The notes below the pieces were generated by a model that saw nothing but the letters and a program-made list of their open reading frames with translations, searched no databases and was not told the DNA's origin. Of a stretch of DNA of 64,000 bases, positions 51,526 through 63,681 are shown in pieces (the first letter of the stretch is position 1; each line of letters opens with the position of its first letter). Made by a program: the position numbers and the translations under genes. Source of the DNA: Styela clava (lineage: Eukaryota); the NCBI RefSeq assembly GCF_964204865.1, contig NC_135254.1:8866001-8930000 (forward strand). Reading direction: 5' to 3'.

Positions 51526-51760
51526 AGAACCCATCAAATAGATGGAAAAAACTATCACTTCAAATTTAGGTGGAAGAATTGATTGCCCATATTGCTCTTT
51601 TCGAATTGGAAGATTATCTGGGCAGGAACTCAATGTTCATGCGGACATTGGGTTACCTCAGCTTTACACATACATGCTAAAAAATTCATCAAGATTGTAC
51701 AGTTTCGTAATAAGGTGCTGCGTTCATTTGGAAGAGCCTTTTTTGGTTCAAATGTTCTAC
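51526..51760 (+). pseudogene. Tandem partial duplicate of the DUSP12 3' end and 3' UTR
   Basis: Copy of ~51260-51527 with TGG>TAG and a frameshift before WAGTQCSCGHWVT. Confidence 0.85.
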
Positions 51761-53420
51761 ACTCTGGTTGGCATTTGAGCCAAAGGCACAGCTGAATCTA
51801 CCTCCGTCTTGCCATTACTTCGAAGCAATGACAGAATTCAGTTGGGTATAGGCAAGCTTGACTGCTCAGAATAGCAAAATGCAAACCATCTTGAACCAGA
51901 GATGGACTTTCTTTGGTTCAAAGTTCCCCTTTAATGTATTTCCCTTTAAAATAAAGTACAAACTTGCGGTCAAATTAGACCCGACTCTACTAACTGTCTA
52001 AAGCTATGGCCTATTCTTTAATTTCATATCATGGAATAATTATAAGGTATCTAAATCATATTTATTTGAAATAACTCAATTGCAAATACATATGTTGTTC
52101 ATTTTATATATAGAGTCCCACAGACAAAGCCTGAAAATAGAATGAGTTTGAGTCGATAGAATTCTCAGAACTTACAGTTAAGTGATGACACACTGCCCTC
52201 TTCACCCACGTTTACCTTACGCTGGGGGAATGAAAGAATGATATTGTTTGTCCTGCGAGAAGATGCCCATATTGTACAATACAACTCTCAAGTGATTCAA
52301 CAATTTATATTCATGGATATTGCAGTCAGTGAAATCAAGTCAAAGGCACTTTAGTATATAATTTATATATAAACAAACAGTAAAGCCATGTAAGTTTGGA
52401 AAAATATAAACTGGGAAGATGAATTAAAATTACATGCAAATACCTGAAACTCACAAACAATACTTTCTTAGTTAAGACTCGAAATAGCATGTGTATCTAA
52501 TACAGAAAAAATTAGTGCCATGGAGTAAGTAATATTCTAATTGAAGCTGTAGTTGTATCATGATCTCACAGAAGGTTCTGTGACAGTCTACTAAAACGAA
52601 ATGGAATCTACTTAACCATGGTATAAGTGCGAATTTTGCACATGACAGATTTCTTGTTATATGCGAAATATGTCATCATTTTGCTAAAATACTGTAAGTA
52701 GAAAAATTATAAAAACTTAGCTGGACTAATGATATGAGCACAACGACATGGTAGCAAACTTGAACCATTGCTGTATATTCTTCCTAATAATACTGGTATG
52801 TTTCGAAAATACATATTTTTGATAAATGCGTGTCTGCGAGTCATGGCTTAGTTTGGCATTGAAGTGAAAGCAGCAAATTTTTGACAAGATATTCAGAAAA
52901 TAAGTTATTTAACAAAAATCGAATGCTGAATCGGTTCAGTGGAGTTCCAAATATACAGAGGCAAGTTTGGTTATCTCCTTCACACAATTCAACATATTGC
53001 ATAATATATAATAAACTGAATATACCAGGGTTCCAGAACCCACAGGTCTTGATTGTCTTTGATTTTGGAATGTGCATCTAATAAGAGGGTATACTGTAAT
53101 TTAATTGCTGAGGAAAGATAATTTTATATGTATGATTTTTAGTGCCTCTTCAGAAGCATCTTCCTTACGGCTCTTAGTACCAAATGAGAAAATGTACAGA
53201 CATGTATGCTACTATTTTGCTTCTGATAAAGATTGTTTCACTTGGGCTTCAGCTAAGCCGGAAAATATTTTAAAAATTATAGGATATTGCTTCATTGCCC
53301 CAAACATGTATATTCGGACATATCGATTGCGACTGGTCTACAGTAACAATCATTAGGTAAATCTCAATGGTTAATTAAAATTAGGGGATATGCTTTCCCT
53401 GAATAAAATCATGCTGCACT

Positions 53421-56038
53421 TCACGCAATCAGCGGTGTTCTTTCCTCTTGGTGTGATTGTACGGGTATTGCACCATTTATTGAGTGATGTAGATTGTCAC
53501 ACCGATTGTTTGGCTCCACATCCATTGTTATGACTTGAAAATCTCTTATAAAAGTGTAAAAATATGATAGGAAAGTCGCTGCCAGAAGCCACTCTGCTAT
53601 TGTGCTTGCTAGATGAGCAGCATACCTGCAAATTTAATAAAGATATTCAACTCAAACACAGGAAAAGATGGTTTAAATATGCTGACTACAGTTGATGACG
53701 ACGCTTTAGCAGTAACATTTTTGTATAAATTTCAAATGATGTCACCTATAATTCAGTCTATTGATGGAATCATAGTCATGTGTTCGAGAACTGACTCAGA
53801 TCAGGTGCAAAATGCAAATTTTGGATTGTGGAAGATTTCTGAATCATCTTAGACCAAGTGCGATATCAGTATATTCATGACAGAATATACAGTTCTTTGT
53901 TGCAAAAAAAAGAGTAGACAAAATTGTTTTCGTTGGTGGTAAAATGTTCATCTTTGAAAAATCACTTTCATTTCATAAGGAATTTTATGTCTGCGAATGC
54001 ACAATTGATACCAATATATCATAAGAAACCATCATTTGACAAGACTGTTCATGAATAGCAAAGATAATGCTGTAACTGAATTACCCACCAGATCATAAAT
54101 CAAAATCTGATGAAACGGATTGATCCTTATTTTATAACAAAAAAAAAAAATTAAATATTGTTTTCACAACTTGACATATAAATGTCATTTGATATAAATC
54201 AAGGTCAAGTGCCCTACTTTGCGATGGATTATTGATTGATAACAGTATTGCAGGCCCAATAAAGATTCTTTTCATTACTACACCCATGTGTAAAACATAG
54301 ATTTTGGCGGTGAGTGCAACGAGTTGAGATCAGACTTGCCATCCAAGGTGCTAATTATGTGACCTTGTCTGCTTACAAGACTTAACAATGTAGCTGGCCA
54401 TTTTACAGGCTTCTATATTTTCAGAATAAATACAAAAAAAATGCTTTTTACCGATATAATTTGGAAGAGAGAAATGCATTTAAAACAATATTCAAAACGA
54501 TAACTAATCATACCCATGATCTTCAGGTGCCCAATGGAATTTGACAGGTACTTGGGCAATACTTGACGCAATGAAAGTAGTTGTAATAAAGACAACACTC
54601 AGTATTGAAATTCCAAGACGAACATGTGCAACGACCAATCCATTAACTTCAGGATGCATTTTATAAGTTATATAGGTTTGCATAAACTCATATACAGTGC
54701 CACCTCCAAATGTAAGCAAAGCCCCGAATAGATGGACTCCTAAGACACTCGTTTCCTGAATAGTAAGAATAGATTAGCATGAAAGCAAATGTTCACAGAT
54801 TTTTTAAAAGTCAACAAAGATTTTCCTATCCTGATAGATATGCTTTCTAGGTGTCGCTGACACAATGACTTTGGTAGTCTTTCGTGGCCCCTTGTCAATT
54901 GGGTGTTCCTGAAGTATGCGCACCAAGATGTCGCATAACCTGAACCCTAATCTGGTACACATTAACACATACTATGTTCAGGCTGTGCGCCATCTTGGTG
55001 TGCATACTTGAGGTCCGTCAATTGCAGCTGTTTAATTGTGTCATTACAATATTTCATGCACGACGAAACAAACATCTGAATCTAAATAATCAAATAAGAA
55101 GAGTTGAACTCTTATGTCGTTACCTGAAAATTCGCTACAAGAGACATTCCAAGACTTATTGCAATCCCGAAATACCAAGATATTTTATTCACCCGATAAA
55201 CTTTCCGTACATCATGGTCTGAGAGTTTAATGAGGAAGGATTCAACCTGCTTGTAACGAACATACAGACAAGCCAGAGCTGTGATAAAAATAGAAAAGTC
55301 GTTTATTTAAATACTAATCAACTGGCAACATTGAAATAAAAATACTAAACATCATGACGACATTAAAAAGTCCTTGCAAAATCTTGCTGATATAATTTTT
55401 GGAAAACCCTGCGCCTTCCCCATGTCAGACATGATTGAAACAGATAGAATTCCTCAGCTTAATCACATGGTGAACCACGGCCAGGTTACTAGTCCATGTC
55501 AGGTAAGGGAATACCAAATCACCTACTCATTTCAGATGCATGGACTTGATTTCGGAGCATTTTTTCAATTTGTACTCATTTGTAACAACACATGTTTTAC
55601 AGGCGCTCCCGTAGTATGTGAACCAAAATGGCAGACACCGGAACATAGCATGTGTACCAAGTTAGGCCATAATTTTATTCCAATTTTTCCTATTAGGAGT
55701 TTGTGGACTAGCCAAGTTACTCCCGTAGTATTTGTACCTGAAATTATGGCCTAACCGGGTACACATACTACCTTCCGGTGTCCGCCATCTTAGTTCACAT
55801 ACTAAGGAAGTACCCTTTTACCATTAGTAAACTCACCAAATGCAGCTGTAATATTCAACATCTGTCCAAATATTGAACTTTCTGGTCTTCTTGCACCAGT
55901 GTCGGATATGTATGGAAACCCTGGATCAACATCCCCACGAGAAACAGAGATTATATACGAAATGGTGAAGGTCAGGTATGTCCAGACAATAACGAATATT
56001 GGAAGAAAAGAAAGCCCACGTGTAAACCAGAAATCCAT
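53421..56038 (-). CDS. DRAM2: DNA damage-regulated autophagy modulator (DRAM2-like, Frag1/DRAM/Sfk1 family), 267 aa (exons 56038-55837, 55278-55124, 54755-54514, 53625-53421)
   Basis: Motifs FPYISDTGARRPESSIFGQMLN, LYVRYKQV, SLVANFQE, VHLFGALLTFG, HWAPEDHGYAAHLASTIAEW and FIRDFQ. C-terminal acidic dileucine-type motif EERTPLI. All introns are GT-AG with consistent phases. Confidence 0.9.
54901..55014. mobile_element. Hairpin MITE in DRAM intron 2
   Basis: Inverted arms aagtatgcgcaccaagatgtcgcataacctgaac ... gttcaggctgtgcgccatcttggtgtgcatactt. Confidence 0.7.
55601..55815. mobile_element. MITE in DRAM intron 1 (second copy 61838-62056)
   Basis: Inverted arms agtatgtgaaccaaaatggcagacaccggaa / ttccggtgtccgccatcttagttcacatact. 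Confidence 0.75.
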
Positions 56039-56569
56039 TATGTACGTGGTTCAGTAGAACAGTGAATAAAAATATTTTAATACTACATTGGAAGACCTAA
56101 TAGGAGAATTTACAGAAACAAGAATATGATCACCAATATAATTTCAATACAACATTAACAAAACATATCAAAAAACAAGAAGTTGAACAGCACATTATTT
56201 TTCAATTTCAACGTCTGCATCAACAGAAATTGCAGAAAGTACAAATATTGGAAGTAAGGTTGTAACATGATATAACTCAATTTTCCACCTGACAAATTAC
56301 ATGAGATAAATTCTCGACAATATTATATTGGTAGAAATGTTATTGCATCCAATTATAATACTGTAAAAATCAAAATAGTATAACACAAATAGAGCAATAA
56401 TGAAATGTATAAAGTATTAAAACAAAACAATTTTTAAAACATCCCTAGAATGATATTTTGAGACTAGCTCAACACAATTCAATTGATACTGAAAAAATCA
56501 CAGATATCAGTAACTGAGGGCATGCCAGTTTTACACTTGACAACTTATAATAATGTTTAACATCGTACC

Positions 56570-56748
56570 CAGTGGTGGGAATCAGCCGGTTTGCACCGGT
56601 TCTATAGAACCGTCTCACGGAAATTTATGAGATCAGCAAACCGGTTAGCATTACTGGTTACTGTCAATGTTCTGTTTGTAACAGAATCGGCTGAAAAATA
56701 TGATTTTTGTGAAGGAACCAGCTGACAAAAATTTGAATTACACCACTG
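56570..56748. mobile_element. hAT-type MITE, 179 bp
   Basis: CAGTGGTG..CACCACTG termini. Flanks atcgtacc / accgtacc form an 8-bp TSD with one mismatch. Confidence 0.8.
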
Positions 56749-56827
56749 ACCGTACCTCAATGTATATGAATTTACATGATAGAAAGAGAAATACAGTTCA
56801 TTTTATCTCTCATTCAGCCTGACACCA

Positions 56828-58306
56828 CTAAGAACTGGTCAACCAAAACTTCATCATTTTTACATCATCATCGTTACAGAATAAACAGTTCTGTAATAAA
56901 TCTGTTGTGTCATCTTTATTTCTTTTATCCGTCACAAATTTGCGAAGAATTTCAGTTTTATTGATCCATTCTTGTTTTAAACAAAGTAAACATTGCAAAA
57001 CAACCTCATTGGAAAGATTCTCATTCGCTAGAGCAACCTCCAGTTTTTCAAGAAGGCTTGGACCCTTTTCTGGAATAACACAACTGCTGTTCCATTTAAA
57101 TTCTATTCCATTCTTCCACAAGACTTCTACAATAACATAGTCTTTCGTTCTGACATTTTTGAAACTCAAAAGACAAGGCATTCCAATTAAATTTTTGTCC
57201 GTTGGTATTGTAGTTGTCCACTCTGCAATATTAGCACAGCCTTTTGGTAGGATATTTTTGAGGGTATGAATGGCTGATATAACAGCAGATTGCAATCCAT
57301 GCCAGATTACTTGATTACCAATAAGCAAATGCCAAACTATAGCTCTGAATCGTGGAGGTTGTAAAACTTCCCTCATGTGGCGTAGCGAAAGAAATTTGAA
57401 ACCCGACTCAATTGAAGAAGCAATAGTTTGGTCGTTCTCATCTAAAGATAATTTCTCTAAAGTGGGTGGATTATAAATGACATTTTCTTTCCAGCGTAGT
57501 TTACAAGCTCGTATTAACCATGTGAAAGATGAATGAAGATATGAATATAGTTTTTCATCGCCTGTTAGTTCAACAAGCGCTCTTGCATTAGAATGACTGC
57601 TCCGATTTGATCGAAAATTTTGCGGAGTTACGGTCTTCGATAGAGATGACTTTAGTCTCGTATTTCTCTGGGGACATTCAGCATGTTCATTGTTATACAC
57701 TGATACAGCACATTTTTGAAAATATGCTATTATCTTACTGATGCATTCTACAAGAAAAGGCCAGGACTGGATCAAATATATACGATCCATCATAACAACG
57801 ATTATGCTATATTGACGTTTAAAACCTCTTGCAAGACTGTCTTTGATTGGAAAAGTATAACTTAAGACGTAGCCTTCATTTTCATCACCATAAAAAATAG
57901 GTCCTTCCCTTCCAGGGCATACTTCGCTGCTGACACTCCTCACACAAGCTTGTCGAACTTTACCAAAAACATTTGGATTCTGCGGATGTTGAGAACTAAC
58001 AAAAACTTCTTCAGTTTTTCCATCATAGCTTATGAATCCTTTATGTCCATCTGGTAAAGATCGACACGCCTGACAAAGCGAACTTTTATTAACAGAGTTT
58101 TGTCTCGAACAAGGTCTTGAAAAATCCGCAGACATCACTGAATCTGGATAACTGGTTCCAAGTGGAATTTCTTGCGAAGAGCTCACTTCTGGCAACGCAT
58201 CCAGATTAGTTTCTTTTTGGGGGGGTAAGCCTCCTTTCTCTGTGCAGAACATCACGCTTGGACCATGTTGCTCACAGAAATGACAAAGGGCTATCACAGC
58301 GTTCAT
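56828..58306 (-). CDS. FLCN: Folliculin, 492 aa, single coding exon
   Basis: MNAVIALCHFCEQHGP N-terminus, CQACRSL, VRQACVRSVSSEVCPGREGPIFYGDE, arginine-finger region KDSLARGFKRQYSIIVVMMD, and C-terminal DENN-like LKQEWINK..DVKMMKFW. Confidence 0.95.
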   Translation of the reverse strand: MNAVIALCHFCEQHGPSVMFCTEKGGLPPQKETNLDALPEVSSSQEIPLGTSYPDSVMSADFSRPCSRQNSVNKSSLCQACRSLPDGHKGFISYDGKTEEVFVSSQHPQNPNVFGKVRQACVRSVSSEVCPGREGPIFYGDENEGYVLSYTFPIKDSLARGFKRQYSIIVVMMDRIYLIQSWPFLVECISKIIAYFQKCAVSVYNNEHAECPQRNTRLKSSLSKTVTPQNFRSNRSSHSNARALVELTGDEKLYSYLHSSFTWLIRACKLRWKENVIYNPPTLEKLSLDENDQTIASSIESGFKFLSLRHMREVLQPPRFRAIVWHLLIGNQVIWHGLQSAVISAIHTLKNILPKGCANIAEWTTTIPTDKNLIGMPCLLSFKNVRTKDYVIVEVLWKNGIEFKWNSSCVIPEKGPSLLEKLEVALANENLSNEVVLQCLLCLKQEWINKTEILRKFVTDKRNKDDTTDLLQNCLFCNDDDVKMMKFWLTSS

Positions 58307-59779
58307 TGCAAGGAATATATATTTAAGCGAAACTCTTATTAGAAAATAGTATATCGATTTAGTCCTGTAAAAAATTCCAAATGTTTAAAGATTTAAATAT
58401 AACAAATAAAACACTACTCATTGCACCATTTCATAGTATCAAAACTAGGATGGTGTAGCCAGTCTGCGGACGATTTCATTCAAACCGCTATAAAACAAAA
58501 ACCAATATTTCTAACCCGTTAATTTTTCCACCGTAGGTGCATTGGCATTTATTCTACACGCTGAACTTCGAATTAACTTTCTACGACCAGGGGTTAAAGC
58601 TATACAAACCACCAAAGTACGACACTCTGAAGACGTATTTGCGACCGAACGACCAGTGTGCGATCACGGATTTCAAGCCTTGAACATTGTTTCTGCTGCG
58701 TCGAGACTAGGGCATACGCAGCCATGCGTGAAAAAATGGGCTTCTAATTGCATTTCTGACCGTCATATATTTTAAGAACACGGTTATTTCAAACAAAATT
58801 CTTCAAATTATAAACAAAGCACCGCATCACAGCAATCAAACAGACAAAAACACGGTGGTCGCAAATTAGTTGACAAAGATTTTATTGACGTATTGGAAAT
58901 GCGCACCCCCCTACTCCCCCTCCTTTAAAGGTAGAAACGCGAAACTTTAAAGATGGTTAAAAGAAACACAACTCTACCCACCTGCCAAGTTTCATCTCTT
59001 TATCTTTTATATTTGTATGGATTTTCAAGCTTCTTTGAGGGAACAATGGGTAGTTGGCGACATGGTAAAATGGTCCGTTTTTTTTCTTCGGTCAGGTTTT
59101 CGGTCGTAACTTTTTTATTTGTGGCCGCATTTTAGTGTAATTTCGCAGAGCTACGAGGGATAAGTGGACGATAACGTGTGAGAAATATCGTCGCGGTTCG
59201 TTAATTTTTTCGGCATTAATTTAATCGATGAAGTTGATGGTCGCAGATAGGTCATGGCCGCAAAGTGGGTAAGCCACCCTATATGTTTTTTTCCAGAGGA
59301 ATCTGATGGTGACGTTTTTTAGATTGCACTTCCATTTAGTATATTGCTCATTACGGTACCGATTTGTGCCAATATTGAGGCCCAGACTCGTAGAGGAGGG
59401 GTACCGGTATATTCTAGTTGTTATAATTCAGTAATTGATGTCTGTGAATGTGAGGGTTATTCTTGGAATCAAAAAACTGTGCCGTACCAAAATACTGGTA
59501 TGGCTGTATGATGCTTAATTGGTTACCGGAATTGCGACCACTACACTCTACAGTCATTAACTTGCCACCCACCTTTCTACATAATCTCAAAAAACTGGCA
59601 TATAACAGTATATATTAATGATAATACTGCTAGATGACATGCAATAATATGACAAATATTACGAATCGCCGGCATCGTGCTAAGCAATAGATATACGCTC
59701 CCCTCCGCACCTATGATTACTCTGCGTGATTACTCTCCACTCAGGACTCAGACACTGACACTGCTCCACCACCAAGTCC

Positions 59780-59906
59780 ATGCTGCCGAAAAATAATTAC
59801 CTAATCCCATACAGGTACCCGATACAGTGATATGGAATGGTAACCGGACGAGAGGCCGGGTAATCGACTTTCCTCTCCCCCGGGATAAATATGTAAATCC
59901 TATCCT
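59780..59906 (+). mobile_element. Possible SINE 3' portion
   Basis: GC-richer block ending gggataaatatgtaaatcctatcct, with weak similarity to the minus strand of ~55460-55520. No tRNA head seen. Confidence 0.3.
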
Positions 59907-60331
59907 GAACGTTAGCGAACACCGAGATAAACCAAGCGCTTTCACAGACTGCTGGACACAAGAAAATGATCGACAAAAGGGATTCCCCTAAATTGTCACA
60001 AGACTAGTCACGTGAAGTGGACTGACACAAAAACGCCATTGACCTGTTTTTCCGATTATAACACGAAACGCTTAACTTGAATCGAGGTCACACGATCACA
60101 TGATTTTGAAGAGGATCATTTGATCTTTTTATGAGAGAGCTTTGTGATAGTTATGTATTTTATATACTGCTCTTCCGACGTAAAATAACAACATATCAAA
60201 CGTCTCAGTATATCAAACTTCCATTTATTAAGCTGGCAGTTATAAAAGCGGGAGTGATATATACAAGAAGGTGACATTGACTATTTTGCAAGATATCCTT
60301 CCCATCACGTGATATACACCGATATCTATCT

Positions 60332-63300
60332 TCATGTACACTGGCCACAAGTTCTTTTGCAGATATTGCGGACAACGACAGTGGCTTTACAAAGTCGCTT
60401 GAGAGTTGCGCATGCATTTCCACTCAGATCGAAACACGCGAGTGCTGGAAAACAAGAAATAATATTTAGCAAATATCTTCGACTGATTTGAAGAAATATT
60501 CGAATTCGCGGTAGTTCCATTTTTTATATAACCGCATTTAGGGACTATTATGCGCAGAGTCTTATAAGGCGCACTGTCAATGAATGGCTTACAATCGGTT
60601 TCTATCCATACACAATATGCATCGGGCAACAAGGTACATCGATTTTTAAAACGGTACTTATTTTGAAAGTGGGCAGTAAATCACTACCGGCTTATAAAGC
60701 ACATGATCGATTTTGAAGGGAAAAAAGTGCGCCTTATGATTAGTAATATACAATTTCACCAATATGAAGCCAACTTACTTCCTGACGCAGTGCAATATCC
60801 GCAACTTTTTTGACACTTCTTTCTCATCATTCTTATATATCCCGCAGAACTGCATCTTCCTGTTGCTGCCCAGTACTGGCATTCCGTCAGCTTATCCGCA
60901 CATGTCGGGTTTGGGACTGTTGTTGGACTGACAGTAGTGGTAGTTGTGGTAATAGCTGTAGGTAAGAAACGTAAAATTTGTTAACACAATGGCGTAAAAT
61001 GAATTCCAGTGTATTTTCGTAAGAAAAGAGTTCGTATAGTCAAATCCTATATTTTCTATTTTATCCTAGAAGTAGCCTACCTGAACACTTGTAAAGCAAG
61101 TTGATCTGATCAATGTCCGTCTGCACTAGTCCAGCTTCCTGAAAACGAAATAAAATAGTGTTATATATGTAGGCTACATTTAAGCATCGTTCTTTTCGAA
61201 ATAAGACAGTTAGGGCGCAAGCAATTAGAATGGCATCACTATTAACTTCAAAGATGAATCGAAAGATATATAAAGTATACCTGGTATCCAACGAGATCAG
61301 TTCCATCGGGCATCGTGATAGTTTTCGAAGTGTCGTCTTTAGAGAAAGCTGTTCCAAAGTAGTGCATAATCGATGTATAATCGTATGGTGACCCGAGCGA
61401 ATCAATTGTTGATATTTTTTCAAAGTTGCCCTCCTTACCTGAAAAATATAAAGTTGTTAAGTGAATTTGAATCAAATGTATTCAAATGTATTTGAATTGT
61501 ATTTGAATTGTATTTGTATTTGAATTTGTATTTGAATTGTATTTGAATTGTATTCAATTGTATTTGAATCATTTGTATTCAAGTCAATATTTTTTTTTTA
61601 AAAAATCGCGTTTTGGGAATTTTTGTCAAGGGGGGAATTAGACGATTAATGATGTATTTTTGCGAAGTAAAAAACGTAATTCAACAGGATACCCTCAGAA
61701 AATAAATATGCTCCAGCTATAATTTCGTTACCATATCAGATGAAATTATGGATTTTTGCACGTGAGTAGAAACTTGAAGCCGATTGGATCTTTGATAAGT
61801 AATTTAGGAATAACAAACTTGCAAAATTTTTGGTATGGCCACTTCCCGAGGTATGTGAACCATGGTGACGGACACCGGAACGTATGTGTACCGGGTTATG
61901 GTTAGGCCAGGATTTTTTTCCAATTTTTCTTATTTTATTTCTATTACGAGTTCGGCGACTAGCCAAGTGACTCTCGTAGTATTTGTATCTGAAATTATGG
62001 CCTAAACTTAACCTGACACATACTACGTTCCGGTGTCCGCCATCTTTGTTCACATAATAAACTTATAAATAATTTGTAATTACCTGGTTCCACATTTGTT
62101 AAGATGATATTGACGTAAGCATCGCGATCCGGTCGTTGATGCTCGTGGAAGAAGCCTAGACTGTGCATTATTTCATGAATCGCAATACCTTTGGTCTGAC
62201 AGCCGTCACCTAGAGAAATCTGAAAAAAAAAAATTTATATCAGTGGTTCAATTATTTTGTCAGTCAGAAGATGAGGTAGATATATTGATGAATTTCCAAT
62301 ATGATTTGAAAATACCGCAAGGGTTCAATTTCACTTCACACCCTGAAACTGTTGTCAACCAGCAGTAACCAAAGCCGAGTATGCTTTAATACTGAATAGA
62401 CGGAGGTATTTGAAATTCATGTACGTCTCAGTTTTGAATTATTACCAGAGTGAAGCCGCAACCCGATTTGGGTTGTTTTTTACATTTCAGTGGTCGACTG
62501 CGACTTTGCGAAAATTAGTTTAATAAGATTTAAGAGCATATGTATTTTTGCTATTTAGTCGCACCCTATTTATCCCAGTGTTACGTCCGATCGGTGCAAA
62601 ACAGCCACTATCAGCGTAAAACTGCATGTAGTCTGATTGTGAAGTCCTTGGAATAAATCGTAAGCAAGTTGAGGCTTCCAGGTCGACAATGCTTTGCTGA
62701 ACGGCGGTTTGTCCTGCGCTGGCTGCAAGGTAAAATTATAAATACTTATTATTCAAATATAAATTGCACGCGTGGTAATTGTTGTTGAGAGAGAAAGTCC
62801 TTTTTATTCAGTTAAGCCCTTCGCTTTTAATGTTCAAGAGTGATTACAGATGTAAATCGTTTTATAAGTCTATTACTGGCACCATTTTATGCCATTTATT
62901 TGTGCTGCTTTGCTGTTTATCATAGACGAGGTCTGTGTGTAAACTGCTGTGACGATTTGCAGTCGTAAAGAAATGTTGAACTCTCATAGACAATATTGAA
63001 GTTTAATATTTGAAAAAAAATACTAAATTTTTAACTCTTGTGCAGTACTCACCGAACCCCGAAGCAAACTCGTAAGGAATGAGATATGTGGTCCCAGATG
63101 GAATGTTGTTCCAAAGCGGGAAACTAATGCTGGCGCCCTTCGATGGCCGGCCTGGTCTGAAGCCAGCGTCAATAAATCTGGCAACCGTTGGAGAGAGTAT
63201 CATGTCATCCATACGAGCTGAAAATATTGAAATGTATTGTTACTTGTACATTCGTAAAACTGATTTATCGGTAAGACGATTTCTCCAAAAGAAGCACTTA

Positions 63301-63681
63301 CTTGGGTTTGGGTTACAGGCGCAAGTGAGACATCCATAGCTATCTAACAGTCTTTCAATGCATTTCGTACCAGGACATTCTACAGCAACATTCTGCACTC
63401 CACATGTTTTACTTGGTGTCCGAGGAATCCGCACTGCTGATACGGCACACGCACCGACGATAAGAATAAATGCTGAAAAAGACGAGTAAGAACAACTTGG
63501 AAACAATCGATCATATAATATATATATAACAAAAAATACTTCATAAGCTTTTTGCAAGGTGATCATGTTTTTATTTTAAAAATTATAGGAGTAAAACATT
63601 AAGTTTCATTTACGAAAAATAGGACACAGGTTAACGATAATAGAAATGAAAGTTTTAAATTGACTTACCGAATTTCAACAT
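60332..63681 (-). CDS. Secreted astacin (M12A) zinc metalloprotease with N-terminal antistasin-like module and two C-terminal ShK domains, 382 aa (exons 63681-63669, 63472-63302, 63217-63053, 62722-62565, 62219-62084, 61438-61281, 61138-61081, 60955-60779, 60444-60332)
   Basis: Signal peptide [17 protein letters not shown], zinc motif [19 protein letters not shown], Met-turn YDYTSIMHY, Thr-rich linker. ShK domains [27 protein letters not shown] and [19 protein letters not shown]. Eight GT-AG introns with matching phases. Confidence 0.92.
61466..61583. repeat. 11-bp tandem repeat (GTATTTGAATT) with partly inverted ends, in an astacin intron
   Basis: gtatttgaatt repeated, with tattcaa inverted units at the edges. 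Confidence 0.8.
61838..62056. mobile_element. MITE, same family as 55601-55815
   Basis: gtatgtgaacc..ggacaccggaac / gttccggtgtccgccatctttgttcacata, with a shared internal sequence. Confidence 0.75.

Noticed and set aside
51800-53400. Short ORFs between DUSP12 and DRAM
   Set aside because: No motifs or splice pattern; most likely UTR or intergenic sequence of two convergent genes.
58600-59280. Complete MITE built on tgcgacc/ggtcgca motifs upstream of FLCN
   Set aside because: Repeat-like motifs are visible, but paired termini and a TSD could not be defined.
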